This document shows, piece by piece, positions 28,555 to 37,472 of a stretch of 64,000 nt of DNA. This DNA comes from a virus, in the IMG/VR virus record IMGVR_UViG_3300028008_001363, positions 1-64,000 of that record; one strand, written 5' to 3'. The translations under genes were made by a program, and so were the position numbers. How positions within the stretch are numbered: the first letter of the stretch is position 1; each line of letters opens with the position of its first letter. Under the pieces are notes generated by a model, which had not been told where the DNA came from, made no database searches, and saw nothing but the letters and a program-made list of their open reading frames with translations.

Positions 28555-28875
28555 ATGATTTTTACAGAGAATGCGGCTGAACGTGTTAAGGAAATTATTG
28601 CAGAAGACCAAGAAGAAGTACAAGCACTTAGAGTATTTGTACAAGGTGGTGGATGCCACGGTTTTAGTTATGGATTTGGTTTTGAAAATGATATCGCAGA
28701 TGATGATACTGTTATTGAAACCAGTGAAGTGAAATTAGTAGTTGATAGCATGAGCATCATGTATCTTTCAGAAGCAACTATTGATTTTGTTAGAAGCCTA
28801 GAAGGCGAACGTTTTACAATCGACAACCCATCAGCAAGAACATCTTGTGGGTGTGGTTCAAGTTTTTCAGCATAG
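28555..28875 (+). CDS. erpA: A-type Fe-S carrier ErpA/IscA
   Basis: LRVFVQGGGCHGFSY, VDSMS, NP..SCGCGSSF. Confidence 0.93.
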   Translation: MIFTENAAERVKEIIAEDQEEVQALRVFVQGGGCHGFSYGFGFENDIADDDTVIETSEVKLVVDSMSIMYLSEATIDFVRSLEGERFTIDNPSARTSCGCGSSFSA

Positions 28876-28882
28876 GAGTAAC

Positions 28883-29119
28883 ATGTCAATTGAACAAGAA
28901 ATAATGGAAGTCGTAGCGAAGCGATTAAAGTGGAATGAAAACGACTTGTCATTAGAATCAAATCTGAAAGAAGATTTAAAAGCAGATAGCATCGATTCAG
29001 TAGAGGTGCTATTTGAAATCGAAGAAATGTACGACATTGTAATAGAAGACGAACTGGCAGAAGACATTAATACTGTTGGTGACATCGTAAATGTTGTAAA
29101 TTCACTACAAAATACATAA
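28883..29119 (+). CDS. acpP: Acyl carrier protein
   Basis: EDLKADSIDSVE phosphopantetheine motif, IEE.YDI.I.D, TVGD; SD AGGAG. Confidence 0.9.
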   Translation: MSIEQEIMEVVAKRLKWNENDLSLESNLKEDLKADSIDSVEVLFEIEEMYDIVIEDELAEDINTVGDIVNVVNSLQNT

Positions 29120-29156
29120 AATAACCAATTTTTTTATAAAATAAACAAAATATAGG

Positions 29157-29186
29157 TTGACTTTTGTATAAATAACATGTTATAAT
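29157..29186 (+). promoter_or_regulatory. Composite promoter (sigma70-like with embedded late motif)
   Basis: TTGACT-18-TATAAT with TATAAATA at 29167-29174. Confidence 0.6.
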
Positions 29187-29312
29187 TAATAATATTGATT
29201 GAGGTTATCATGCTTAAGGGCGTGGTATACTCGGTTTATTGTTTATGAGAAAGATTCCTCTCATACAAAAAAGGAATCAAACTAATGTATTTCAAATAAC
29301 TATAGGAGAATT

Positions 29313-30140
29313 ATGAATACTTTATTGAGAACCGCAATTGTGGGTACGGCATTGTTAGCAACGCCATTCGCCGCATTTGCCGAAGCAGAAGCAGAAACGC
29401 AATCAGGCGTCTCAGTTTCTGGTACATACGAAGGTACTGCTACCGATTCGGGTACATACACACAAGAACTTGAAGTTGTGGTTGGTATGAACTCTGAGGC
29501 TGGTTCAGTTACAGCGAAAGTTGATGAAACTGGAACTGTAGGTGATTTGTACCTTGACACATCAATTTCTTCAATTGACCTTAGACTTGGTAAAGTAGAT
29601 GGTGAAATGGGAATGAAAGCGTCTACTACAGTCGCTGGTGTCACAGTTTCAGCATACAGCCCATCTGGCGCAGGAAAATCTACAGAGATTGGCGCTAGTA
29701 CAGATATTGGTCCGTTAAGCATTGCAGGTGAAGACATCTTAGATTCAGATAGACTTCTAAGTGCAGGCATGAACGTAGCAGGAGTTGACTTAGGTGGTTC
29801 ATACCAAAAGACAGCAACTGGCACTAACCAAATCATGGACGCTGGTTTAGACATCATGGATGTTACAGTATCAGTAGCAAACGCATCAATCGGTGATGCA
29901 AGTGTTACTAAAACTGGTGATAACAAACATGCAGTGTTAGGTACAATGACAGGTGCTACAAACGGCACAGATGTTAGAGGTATCAAACTTGCCTATGGTG
30001 ACCTTTCTGTAAAAGTAGTTGAACTAAATGCTACTAACACATATACTGCCGCTTTAGAGCGTGGTATTATGACGTATCAATATGAAAAAATTGAAAACGG
30101 TGCAGACGAGGTTTCAGTTGGAGTTAAGTTTACTTTCTAA
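29313..30140 (+). CDS. Porin-like outer-membrane protein
   Basis: Signal peptide (AFA), amphipathic beta strands, C-terminal VGVKFTF. Confidence 0.7.
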   Translation: MNTLLRTAIVGTALLATPFAAFAEAEAETQSGVSVSGTYEGTATDSGTYTQELEVVVGMNSEAGSVTAKVDETGTVGDLYLDTSISSIDLRLGKVDGEMGMKASTTVAGVTVSAYSPSGAGKSTEIGASTDIGPLSIAGEDILDSDRLLSAGMNVAGVDLGGSYQKTATGTNQIMDAGLDIMDVTVSVANASIGDASVTKTGDNKHAVLGTMTGATNGTDVRGIKLAYGDLSVKVVELNATNTYTAALERGIMTYQYEKIENGADEVSVGVKFTF

Positions 30141-30171
30141 TGTTTATTATTTAAACAGTAATGAAACTATA

Positions 30172-30198
30172 AAGCCCGTCTTAATGACGGGCTTTTTT
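30172..30198 (+). terminator. Intrinsic terminator
   Basis: AAAGCCCGTC-TTAAT-GACGGGCTTTTTT. Confidence 0.9.
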
Positions 30199-30213
30199 GT
30201 TTGGCGTTAATTA

Positions 30214-30221
30214 GATAAATA
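30214..30221 (+). promoter_or_regulatory. T4-like late promoter
   Basis: GATAAATA. Confidence 0.55.
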
Positions 30222-30261
30222 CTTGTTAGACAAATACAAAAGCACAATGGGAGAGTAAACC

Positions 30262-30702
30262 ATGACTAAATCATTTTTACAATGGTGGCTATTTTTCGTC
30301 CTTCAATTAATAATTCTAGGCGCAGGATATACCTACGACTTACACACATACATATTAAACAATGACCAAACGTATATCAGTTTCGTTTTACTTGGTATCT
30401 GGTTACTTACGAGTGTTAGAATTGGTTATAAGATGGGTAGAAATATAAAATCATCGAATGAAAAGTTTTGGTTCATTGCCGAAACTTGTATGGCAATTGG
30501 TATGATGGGAACAGTTTTAGGTTTCATCTTAATGCTAGGTGGTTCAAATCTCGAATCTATAGACCCAACTGATGTAGAAGGTATGAAAAACGTAATCGGT
30601 CAATTAGCAAAAGGTATGGCAACTGCATTATTAACAACTCTAACAGGATTAATTGTTTCAGTTTCTTTAAGAACGCAATTAATGATTGGAGAGGGTGAAT
30701 AA
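30262..30702 (+). CDS. MotA/TolQ/ExbB-family proton channel subunit
   Basis: IGMMGTVLGF...GMATALLTTLTGL. Confidence 0.85.
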   Translation: MTKSFLQWWLFFVLQLIILGAGYTYDLHTYILNNDQTYISFVLLGIWLLTSVRIGYKMGRNIKSSNEKFWFIAETCMAIGMMGTVLGFILMLGGSNLESIDPTDVEGMKNVIGQLAKGMATALLTTLTGLIVSVSLRTQLMIGEGE

Positions 30703-31341
30703 ATGTCTAACCGATACGGTTCTAACCTATCGTTCAATGATGTATTGTTTAACGCACTTTTAGGTTTTGTAGTTTTATTCGTATTAGCACTTCTGCTAAT
30801 CAATCCAATTACAAAGAAATCAGATATTCCAGCAAAAGCAGAGATTCTCATTACATTAGAATGGGATGATGAAGTAGGTGATGATATAGATATCTGGGTA
30901 CAAGGTCCAACAGGCGTACCAATATCTTTTCAAAACAAAACAAATGGAGTTATGCACCTAGATAGAGATGATTTAGGCAAAACATCAGACTATATGTGGA
31001 TAGATGGCGAAAGAATAATTATAAAGTTGAATCGTGAGGTTGTAAGTATGCGTGGCATAGCACCAGGTGATTACTATATCAACATACATGTGTATAGTAA
31101 GAACAGTAAAACTGGCCCAACTAAATATACATTGACACTACTAGATGTTAACCCTTATAGAGAGGTTTATGTTATGCAAGGCAAGTTGAATAAACGAGGT
31201 GAAATAGTTAGACTTCCAGGTTTTACACTAGATGAAGAAGGTGTAGTAACTGATGTTTGGACAAGTGACAAGATTGTAGTGGGTGCTAAAAACAGAACGC
31301 TTATAAGTGATGTTTCTGGAACAAACGAGGATGGCAACTAA
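30703..31341 (+). CDS. ExbD/MotB-like partner with periplasmic beta domain
   Basis: SFNDVLF TM with conserved Asp; ITLEWD..DIDIWV..P, LDRDD (YfaP-like). Confidence 0.6.
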   Translation: MSNRYGSNLSFNDVLFNALLGFVVLFVLALLLINPITKKSDIPAKAEILITLEWDDEVGDDIDIWVQGPTGVPISFQNKTNGVMHLDRDDLGKTSDYMWIDGERIIIKLNREVVSMRGIAPGDYYINIHVYSKNSKTGPTKYTLTLLDVNPYREVYVMQGKLNKRGEIVRLPGFTLDEEGVVTDVWTSDKIVVGAKNRTLISDVSGTNEDGN

Positions 31342-31352
31342 GGAGATTATGG

Positions 31353-31967
31353 ATGTTTTGGACTGAATTCACTGTTGATACGTTAATTTTATTATATGTA
31401 CTAGGATTATTTGCACTAATTTTGGTATGTTTATATGCATTAATTCAAAGCAAAGCAAACAAACTATACACTTTCATTATTATTCCATTAGCACTTATAA
31501 TGGCAAGTATGACTTGGCAAGGTATTAAAGTTTTACAAGGTATGCCAGTTTATGGATTACCAGAAAAAGAAGTAGAAGTTATGTGGGTAAACGACAATAA
31601 GCCATGGATATACGTTATATTGAAGAAAGATGGAGTTCCAGTTTTATATAAAATTGATTGGACTGAAGAGAATAAAAAGAAGATGAAAGAATTAGAGAAA
31701 ATGATTGGTTCATCTATGGCTCAAGGAAAGTTTGAAGAGACAAAATCAAACAGCGGTGAATCAAATTCGTATGTGTTCACTCCTATGATGGACTTGACTG
31801 AACCTGAAGAGAAACGCCAAGACGGTGACGGTGTGGAATACACACCTGCACAAAGTATTAATACTAGTCCTAACAGACCTAGTTTAGAAACTGTTGTTGA
31901 TGGCGAAGCAGTGATATTATCACCAACAGTTTATGGTCCATTGACAGCAGAACAATCAGGACCTTAA
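31353..31967 (+). CDS. membrane protein of the ExbB/ExbD-like operon
   Basis: Two N-terminal TM helices; SD AAGGAG. Confidence 0.6.
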   Translation: MFWTEFTVDTLILLYVLGLFALILVCLYALIQSKANKLYTFIIIPLALIMASMTWQGIKVLQGMPVYGLPEKEVEVMWVNDNKPWIYVILKKDGVPVLYKIDWTEENKKKMKELEKMIGSSMAQGKFEETKSNSGESNSYVFTPMMDLTEPEEKRQDGDGVEYTPAQSINTSPNRPSLETVVDGEAVILSPTVYGPLTAEQSGP

Positions 31968-31982
31968 TAGAGGAGAGAGAAA

Positions 31983-32252
31983 ATGGAAGGTATAGGAGCA
32001 GTATTAGTAATAGGACATTTTGTAATATCGATATTTAATGTACCACTAGGCAATCCAGTTATTTACTCGTTGCCCTTTTCAGATATGAAAACATGTGAGC
32101 AATATGCAGAGTATTTGCCACCAGAGCCGATTAAACTAAACATAGAGTGGAATCATTCAACTAAAAGTCAATGTATGACCACTGGTCAATTTAAAAAGAT
32201 GATGGAAGCAAGGGGAGTTCAAAAGCCAGCAACAGGCACACCTGAGAAATAA
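31983..32252 (+). CDS. small exported protein
   Basis: Hydrophobic N-terminus, two Cys. Confidence 0.5.
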   Translation: MEGIGAVLVIGHFVISIFNVPLGNPVIYSLPFSDMKTCEQYAEYLPPEPIKLNIEWNHSTKSQCMTTGQFKKMMEARGVQKPATGTPEK

Positions 32253-32260
32253 GGATTATT

Positions 32261-33109
32261 ATGAGAAAACTATTAGATTACATAAAAGAGTCATTCATTG
32301 GAAGAACAATACGTTGGATATTTAAAAATCCTTACTTTGTTGTAGTCATAGTTTTACTTGGGGTAGTAGGACAAGACAAAGGCGTTCAGTGGTACAATGA
32401 TTACATGGTATTATACGAAGAAGCAAATAACAAAATTGAAGAAGAAGAGAATACAGGCGGCTTAGAATTAACAAAGATTGATGATGCGTTATACACGTTA
32501 ATAGGTACAGTAAAAGAAGGTGACTGTGGCAAGATTGCAAAAGAAATGCCAGACGAAGGCTGGTTTACTGTAATATTAGAAAGTCCAGGTGGCAATCTCG
32601 CAGATGGTTCTTGTCTTGCGGCACATATGAAACTTCGTAATGTTGTTACTGTTGTTAGAAGTACACCAGTTATGAATGAACTTGGCGAAATGATTTATAC
32701 ACCAGGAACAAACGTTGACGAAAATACACCAGACTTTATGAAAGGTAAATCAGTTTGTGCATCAGCATGTGGTTTGATGTTCTTAGCAGGTGATAAACGA
32801 TATCTAATGGGTGATGTTTACTTTGGTATTCATGGTCCAGGAACACCACCAGGTAGTATGAATGGTGCAAATCCTGCGGCTATAGAAAGTTCTGCATTTA
32901 GAACAGCATCATCATTGTTACAGTTGTTGAAATCTTTAGGTGTTGAAGACGAAGGTTTAAGAATGTTATTCATTCAAATTCCAAACGCAACAATGTATTG
33001 GTTGCATCCACGAGACTTTGAAGTTAAGCCAGGACTAGTTAGAATAGCAACAGACTATAGAGATTTCTTTGGCACTACAGGCAGTGACCCAGAAGGTGGC
33101 ATGAGATGA
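32261..33109 (+). CDS. Membrane-anchored ClpP/crotonase-fold protein (putative periplasmic peptidase)
   Basis: N-terminal TM; LESPGG, CASAC..FLAG..R, GIH. Confidence 0.7.
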   Translation: MRKLLDYIKESFIGRTIRWIFKNPYFVVVIVLLGVVGQDKGVQWYNDYMVLYEEANNKIEEEENTGGLELTKIDDALYTLIGTVKEGDCGKIAKEMPDEGWFTVILESPGGNLADGSCLAAHMKLRNVVTVVRSTPVMNELGEMIYTPGTNVDENTPDFMKGKSVCASACGLMFLAGDKRYLMGDVYFGIHGPGTPPGSMNGANPAAIESSAFRTASSLLQLLKSLGVEDEGLRMLFIQIPNATMYWLHPRDFEVKPGLVRIATDYRDFFGTTGSDPEGGMR

Positions 33110-33180
33110 CTATAAAAGATAAGTTGATGATGGTATTTGTTACCATACTCGTTGCAGGATACATAGTCTATCTAAATTGA
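33106..33180 (+). CDS. 24-aa single-TM peptide (not in ORF track)
   Basis: ATGA coupling; MTIKDKLMMVFVTILVAGYIVYLN. Confidence 0.35.
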   Translation: MTIKDKLMMVFVTILVAGYIVYLN

Positions 33181-33186
33181 TAAATA
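33179..33186 (+). promoter_or_regulatory. T4-like late promoter
   Basis: GATAAATA. Confidence 0.5.
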
Positions 33187-33235
33187 CAGTATACGATTAA
33201 ATTCGTATATAAATTTAATCAATTAGAGGTGACAT

Positions 33236-34282
33236 ATGTTAAAATCATTTTTTCTAACAAAGGAATACGGAGCATATGCATGGCTAATGTTAGCGTTTCT
33301 TTTGAGTTTGATTTGGTACAACGTAGAAATATTAGTTTTCTACAATAGTTGGAACAAAGAAATCTATGACGTAATTCAATCACTACAAGAAGAAAGATTC
33401 TGGGAACTGTTTCTGGGATGGGACGCTGGTAGATTTTTGAATTTCATTACTTTGACTGAGGGAGTACAACCATCCTTTGTTGAAATCATAGTCCTATATA
33501 CTCCAATCGCAGTATACGCCACATGGCAAACACAACGATACTGTTTTAGATGGCGAGAAGCAAACACTAAACACTATATGACACGTTGGGAAAACTCAAC
33601 AGCACAAATAGAAGGTGGCTCACAGCGTATACAAGAAGACTTAATGATTTTTGGTAAGACACTTCAAGGACTCTTCACTGGTTTCTTCAGTGCGATACTT
33701 ATTCTTTTTGCGTTTCTTCCAATTCTATGGAATCTATCAGAGAGTTTACCAGTTTGGAATGGACAAATCATTCCTGGTTTCTTAGTATGGGTAGCATTAT
33801 CTGTATCAATTGGTGGTACATTGATATCACTTCTATTAGGTTGGAAACTACCTAAACTTGAATATAACAATCAGGTAGTAGAAGCCAAGATGAGAAAGCA
33901 ACTAGTACATTCAGAAGATGACTTTAGTGCAAGAGCAACATCAACACTATTTCCAATGTTTTATTCAGTTCGTAGAAACTACTATAGACTATTCAACTGG
34001 TACATGGGATTTGGTGTATGGCAAACAGCATTCGGATTATGTGTAGGTAACTTAGCACTAGTTGTTTTAGCACCAGCATACTTTGACCAGTTAATTACAC
34101 TTGGTGTATTATTTCAAGTTCTAAACGCATTTGGTAGAGTTGAAAGTTCAATGGGTTATTTCATCGATAGATGGACAACAATCGTTGACTTCTTATCAGT
34201 CATTAGACGTTTGAGAGAATTTAACGTGGCACTTGACGAAGCAGACAGTGTTACTTTTGATGATGATGGAAATAGAATCTAA
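33236..34282 (+). CDS. sbmA: SbmA/BacA-family peptide transporter
   Basis: MLKSFF, FRWR, IEGGSQRIQED, LEYNNQVVEA..RK.LV..ED, WTTIV..S..RL.EF. Confidence 0.88.
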   Translation: MLKSFFLTKEYGAYAWLMLAFLLSLIWYNVEILVFYNSWNKEIYDVIQSLQEERFWELFLGWDAGRFLNFITLTEGVQPSFVEIIVLYTPIAVYATWQTQRYCFRWREANTKHYMTRWENSTAQIEGGSQRIQEDLMIFGKTLQGLFTGFFSAILILFAFLPILWNLSESLPVWNGQIIPGFLVWVALSVSIGGTLISLLLGWKLPKLEYNNQVVEAKMRKQLVHSEDDFSARATSTLFPMFYSVRRNYYRLFNWYMGFGVWQTAFGLCVGNLALVVLAPAYFDQLITLGVLFQVLNAFGRVESSMGYFIDRWTTIVDFLSVIRRLREFNVALDEADSVTFDDDGNRI

Positions 34283-34306
34283 TGTGTTCACAAGGAAAAG
34301 AAAGCA

Positions 34307-34612
34307 ATGTTGATGGGTAACAAAGCAGTTATAATCTGGAGATGGTCCGCATTGGTTGTGTACTTGACTATCTGTCTGTATGACTTTGTTCTCGTTCCTG
34401 TTTATATGTCAATGCAAGTTCCATACCTAGAAGTGTTTGTTGATATCATTAACAGATTGCCTGACGACCCATTAGTTAGATTAGATATGATGAAAATTAT
34501 GACTGGCACACACTCACCATATACATTGATGGGTGGTGGAATATTCCACTTGGCATTTGGTGCATTGCTAACAGGTACTGCAATGGGCATCAACAAAGAC
34601 GAAAAGAAGTAA
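34307..34612 (+). CDS. putative holin (GTA 3TM holin-like)
   Basis: WR...Y..IC..DF..P and TL.GGG.FH.A.GA.L. Confidence 0.55.
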   Translation: MLMGNKAVIIWRWSALVVYLTICLYDFVLVPVYMSMQVPYLEVFVDIINRLPDDPLVRLDMMKIMTGTHSPYTLMGGGIFHLAFGALLTGTAMGINKDEKK

Positions 34613-34699
34613 AGTACTAATAAAACTTAACTACACACTATATATAGTACGGTTTTCTCTTAAATAATACTAGAGAGTAGTGTTTTAAGGAGAATAGGT

Positions 34700-34933
34700 A
34701 TGAAATTCTTATACGTTGATGTTGACAATCGAAAGGTTGTTGGCTTATTCAGAAATAGCAACGAGGAAATTATAAAACTCAATATAAGAGAGTTACAGAT
34801 ATTAACACAGAAAGAGCGTTATATTCTTAATTCAAATATATTACCAGAGTTATTAGAGGCACTCAAGGCTATGGGTCAATATAAAAAAGCAAGGCGTCCT
34901 CGATGGATGAGATTATTTTGGTTTTTAAAATGA
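34700..34933 (+). CDS. hypothetical protein
   Basis: SD AAGGAG. Confidence 0.55.
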   Translation: MKFLYVDVDNRKVVGLFRNSNEEIIKLNIRELQILTQKERYILNSNILPELLEALKAMGQYKKARRPRWMRLFWFLK

Positions 34934-34939
34934 CTTATT

Positions 34940-34964
34940 AATCCCGCTTTATGCGGGATTTTTA
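34940..34964 (+). terminator. Intrinsic terminator
   Basis: AATCCCGC-TTTAT-GCGGGATT-TTT. Confidence 0.85.
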
Positions 34965-34997
34965 TTACTTGACTTTTATATCTACATACTTTAAAAT

Positions 34998-35005
34998 GAT
35001 AAATA
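34998..35005 (+). promoter_or_regulatory. T4-like late promoter
   Basis: GATAAATA. Confidence 0.6.
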
Positions 35006-35038
35006 CAATTAGAAATAATTTATTTGTGAGACAATTGT

Positions 35039-37468
35039 ATGAACTTAAAAGATATACTAGAGGCAGAGAGCAAACAACTGGTTATTATATATCCTGGTCG
35101 CTTTCACCCGTTCCACATTGGACACGGTAAAGTATACAAATACTTGAAGCAGAAGTATAGCAATGCAAAAGTATTCATTGCTACCTCTGGCAAAGTAGAT
35201 GGCGACAGGTCACCTTTCACTTTCGATGAGAAGAAAAAGATGATGATGTTGGCTGGTGTTGATGCTAGTGCTATCGTTCAAACAAAATCTCCATACCAAT
35301 CTATAGAAATCATGGAAAGATTTGATAAAGACACTACAGTTATGGTGTTTGCAGTATCAGAAAAAGACATGGCAGAAGACCCGAGATTTGATTTCTCTAA
35401 TGGTCTCAAGTTAAAGAAGAATGGTGAACCAGCATACTTACAGAAGTGGACTAATCTCAATGATGCTGAAACATTTGGAACTCGTGGTTATATAGCAACG
35501 ACTCCTACATTTCCATTTGAAGTTCTAGGACAAAAAATTAATAGTGCATCACAAATTAGAAATATGATTTCAAAAAGCGATGATACTAAACTAACTCAAT
35601 TACTACAAGACTTATACAGTGTTACAGATGTGCCGCAAGATGTAATAGAGTTATTCAAAAACAAAATAGGCAATACAGAAACCATGAATGAAAACTGGGA
35701 CGAACACTCGTTTTCTAAATACTTAAAAGAGAACGTTATCGAGGACAATATTATGAAAGATACCATATTACAAGCATTAACAGAAGGCAAGAGCCCACAC
35801 AAAAAGGGAACTAAAAAGTATAAAGCCCATATGGCAGCCATGCATGCCGAGTCAATCGAAGAAGAGTTTGACAGAAAAGTCAAAGAAGTTTTAGAAAGTA
35901 GTGCTGACACAGACGAGAAATTAGAATTCATTCATAATGTACTTCAAAACGCAGATGGTGATGGACACAACGATGAGTTGATGGTAACCAAAGCACAATT
36001 CTATGTAGGGCAAATTAAACCTAGAAACGAAGAAGATAAGAAGAAATTATCTTACATCGCAACAACATTAAGTGCATCGACAGACGAAGATAGTTATTTT
36101 GACCAAACGATGGTAGACCAAGCGATGGAATATGTTGAAGATATTATAGAACGCCCAGTGGATGAAAGTGTAAACGAAGCAGATGTTGATTTAAAACCAA
36201 TAGAAGGAAGTTTTGATTGGGTAAACTCAATGTCAGATGGAACACTTGAAACTCTTAAATCTGCGATGAATAATGATTGGGATATGTTGGATGGTATTAA
36301 AGACCTAGCAGACTTTAAAAGAACTATTGATATTTTCTTTACCAACGAAGAAACACCAGTACCAGAAGATATCGCTAAAATATTTAATAAATTATTAGCA
36401 AGGGATGAGAAGGATATTGCTAAATTTAATGAGTTTATACGCCGTGCTTTTATAGATGCGGGAGAAGAACTTGAAGAACTGGAGACGATGTATGAAACAA
36501 CTGACCACGAAGTAAGTATGGCTAGAAAAGATGTTAGCAGACTAGCAAAGTATTCTTCAGAGTTAGAACAAATGCTTAGTAATGTTTCTGAAGAAGAAGG
36601 CTTACAAGGTTGGGTTCAAGCAAAGATTACTAAAGCGGCTGATTATATCTCAAGTGTAAAACATTACATGGAAGGTGATACTACAGAAGTAAACGAAGCG
36701 GTACGAGATAGTTCAGAAGGCTTTGGTGGACAAGCGATAAACTTTATCCATGACTTGTGTATGTTACACGATGGTGTTAAAAGAGACCCAGCAGGATTAA
36801 AATATCTTGGAAAATCTGAAATGTGGGATGAAGGCAGTATTCTAAAAGATAAAGGTAAATTAACTACTCTAATGCTTTGGGTTAAGAAAAACAAAGACGT
36901 TGTTGAAAAACGTTTTTCACGTATGTTTGGTACCTATAGCAACAGAGATGAAAATGGAAAAGTAACAGCATCAGATGGTAATCAAATTCTTAATAACATC
37001 ATTAAGAAAATCCCCACAGTAAATGAAAACTTCAAAGATGTTACACCTTTTGGTTATGGTCCTGATGATTACGATGAGAAAGATGTTGCACCTGAAGACC
37101 ACGGCGGTGACTTGAAAAAGATGCAAGACACATATAAGCATAATGAAGATAGAAACAATCATTCAGAAAACATTCTTATGTTAGCACAAGCATTCGGTGA
37201 TAGAGGTGAGATTAAAGCAGTTGAAGGTCTTTTAAAGATAATCAAACGTCAAGGTCATACGACACCTGAACAATCAGATATGATGTATAAGGCAATTCAC
37301 AAGAAATATTACAAGCAATTGTTTCCAGAAACAGAAGCAGAAGGTAATGAATTTTCTGGTGCATTAGCAAAAGCAAAAATTGATGGCAAAAAGACATTTG
37401 ACGTTGATGGAAAAACTTATAAAGTTAAAGAAGCACTAAGTAAACTAATAGACCAACAGAAAATTTAA
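35039..37468 (+). CDS. Multi-module putative internal head protein; N-terminal HxGH (cytidylyltransferase-like) nucleotidyltransferase
   Basis: YPGRFHPFHIGH and SASQIR; many xNE/xTE junctions. Confidence 0.75.
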   Translation: MNLKDILEAESKQLVIIYPGRFHPFHIGHGKVYKYLKQKYSNAKVFIATSGKVDGDRSPFTFDEKKKMMMLAGVDASAIVQTKSPYQSIEIMERFDKDTTVMVFAVSEKDMAEDPRFDFSNGLKLKKNGEPAYLQKWTNLNDAETFGTRGYIATTPTFPFEVLGQKINSASQIRNMISKSDDTKLTQLLQDLYSVTDVPQDVIELFKNKIGNTETMNENWDEHSFSKYLKENVIEDNIMKDTILQALTEGKSPHKKGTKKYKAHMAAMHAESIEEEFDRKVKEVLESSADTDEKLEFIHNVLQNADGDGHNDELMVTKAQFYVGQIKPRNEEDKKKLSYIATTLSASTDEDSYFDQTMVDQAMEYVEDIIERPVDESVNEADVDLKPIEGSFDWVNSMSDGTLETLKSAMNNDWDMLDGIKDLADFKRTIDIFFTNEETPVPEDIAKIFNKLLARDEKDIAKFNEFIRRAFIDAGEELEELETMYETTDHEVSMARKDVSRLAKYSSELEQMLSNVSEEEGLQGWVQAKITKAADYISSVKHYMEGDTTEVNEAVRDSSEGFGGQAINFIHDLCMLHDGVKRDPAGLKYLGKSEMWDEGSILKDKGKLTTLMLWVKKNKDVVEKRFSRMFGTYSNRDENGKVTASDGNQILNNIIKKIPTVNENFKDVTPFGYGPDDYDEKDVAPEDHGGDLKKMQDTYKHNEDRNNHSENILMLAQAFGDRGEIKAVEGLLKIIKRQGHTTPEQSDMMYKAIHKKYYKQLFPETEAEGNEFSGALAKAKIDGKKTFDVDGKTYKVKEALSKLIDQQKI

Positions 37469-37472
37469 TATA

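Noticed and set aside
29300-29986. Long minus-strand ORFs (also 42003-42530, 40011-40511, 47313-47765 and others)
   Set aside because: Antisense shadows of well-supported + strand genes; phoH is the only credible minus-strand gene
30262-31341. Zorya defence system
   Set aside because: The A subunit lacks the long cytoplasmic tail, the B subunit lacks an OmpA domain, and no ZorC/D/E genes are present
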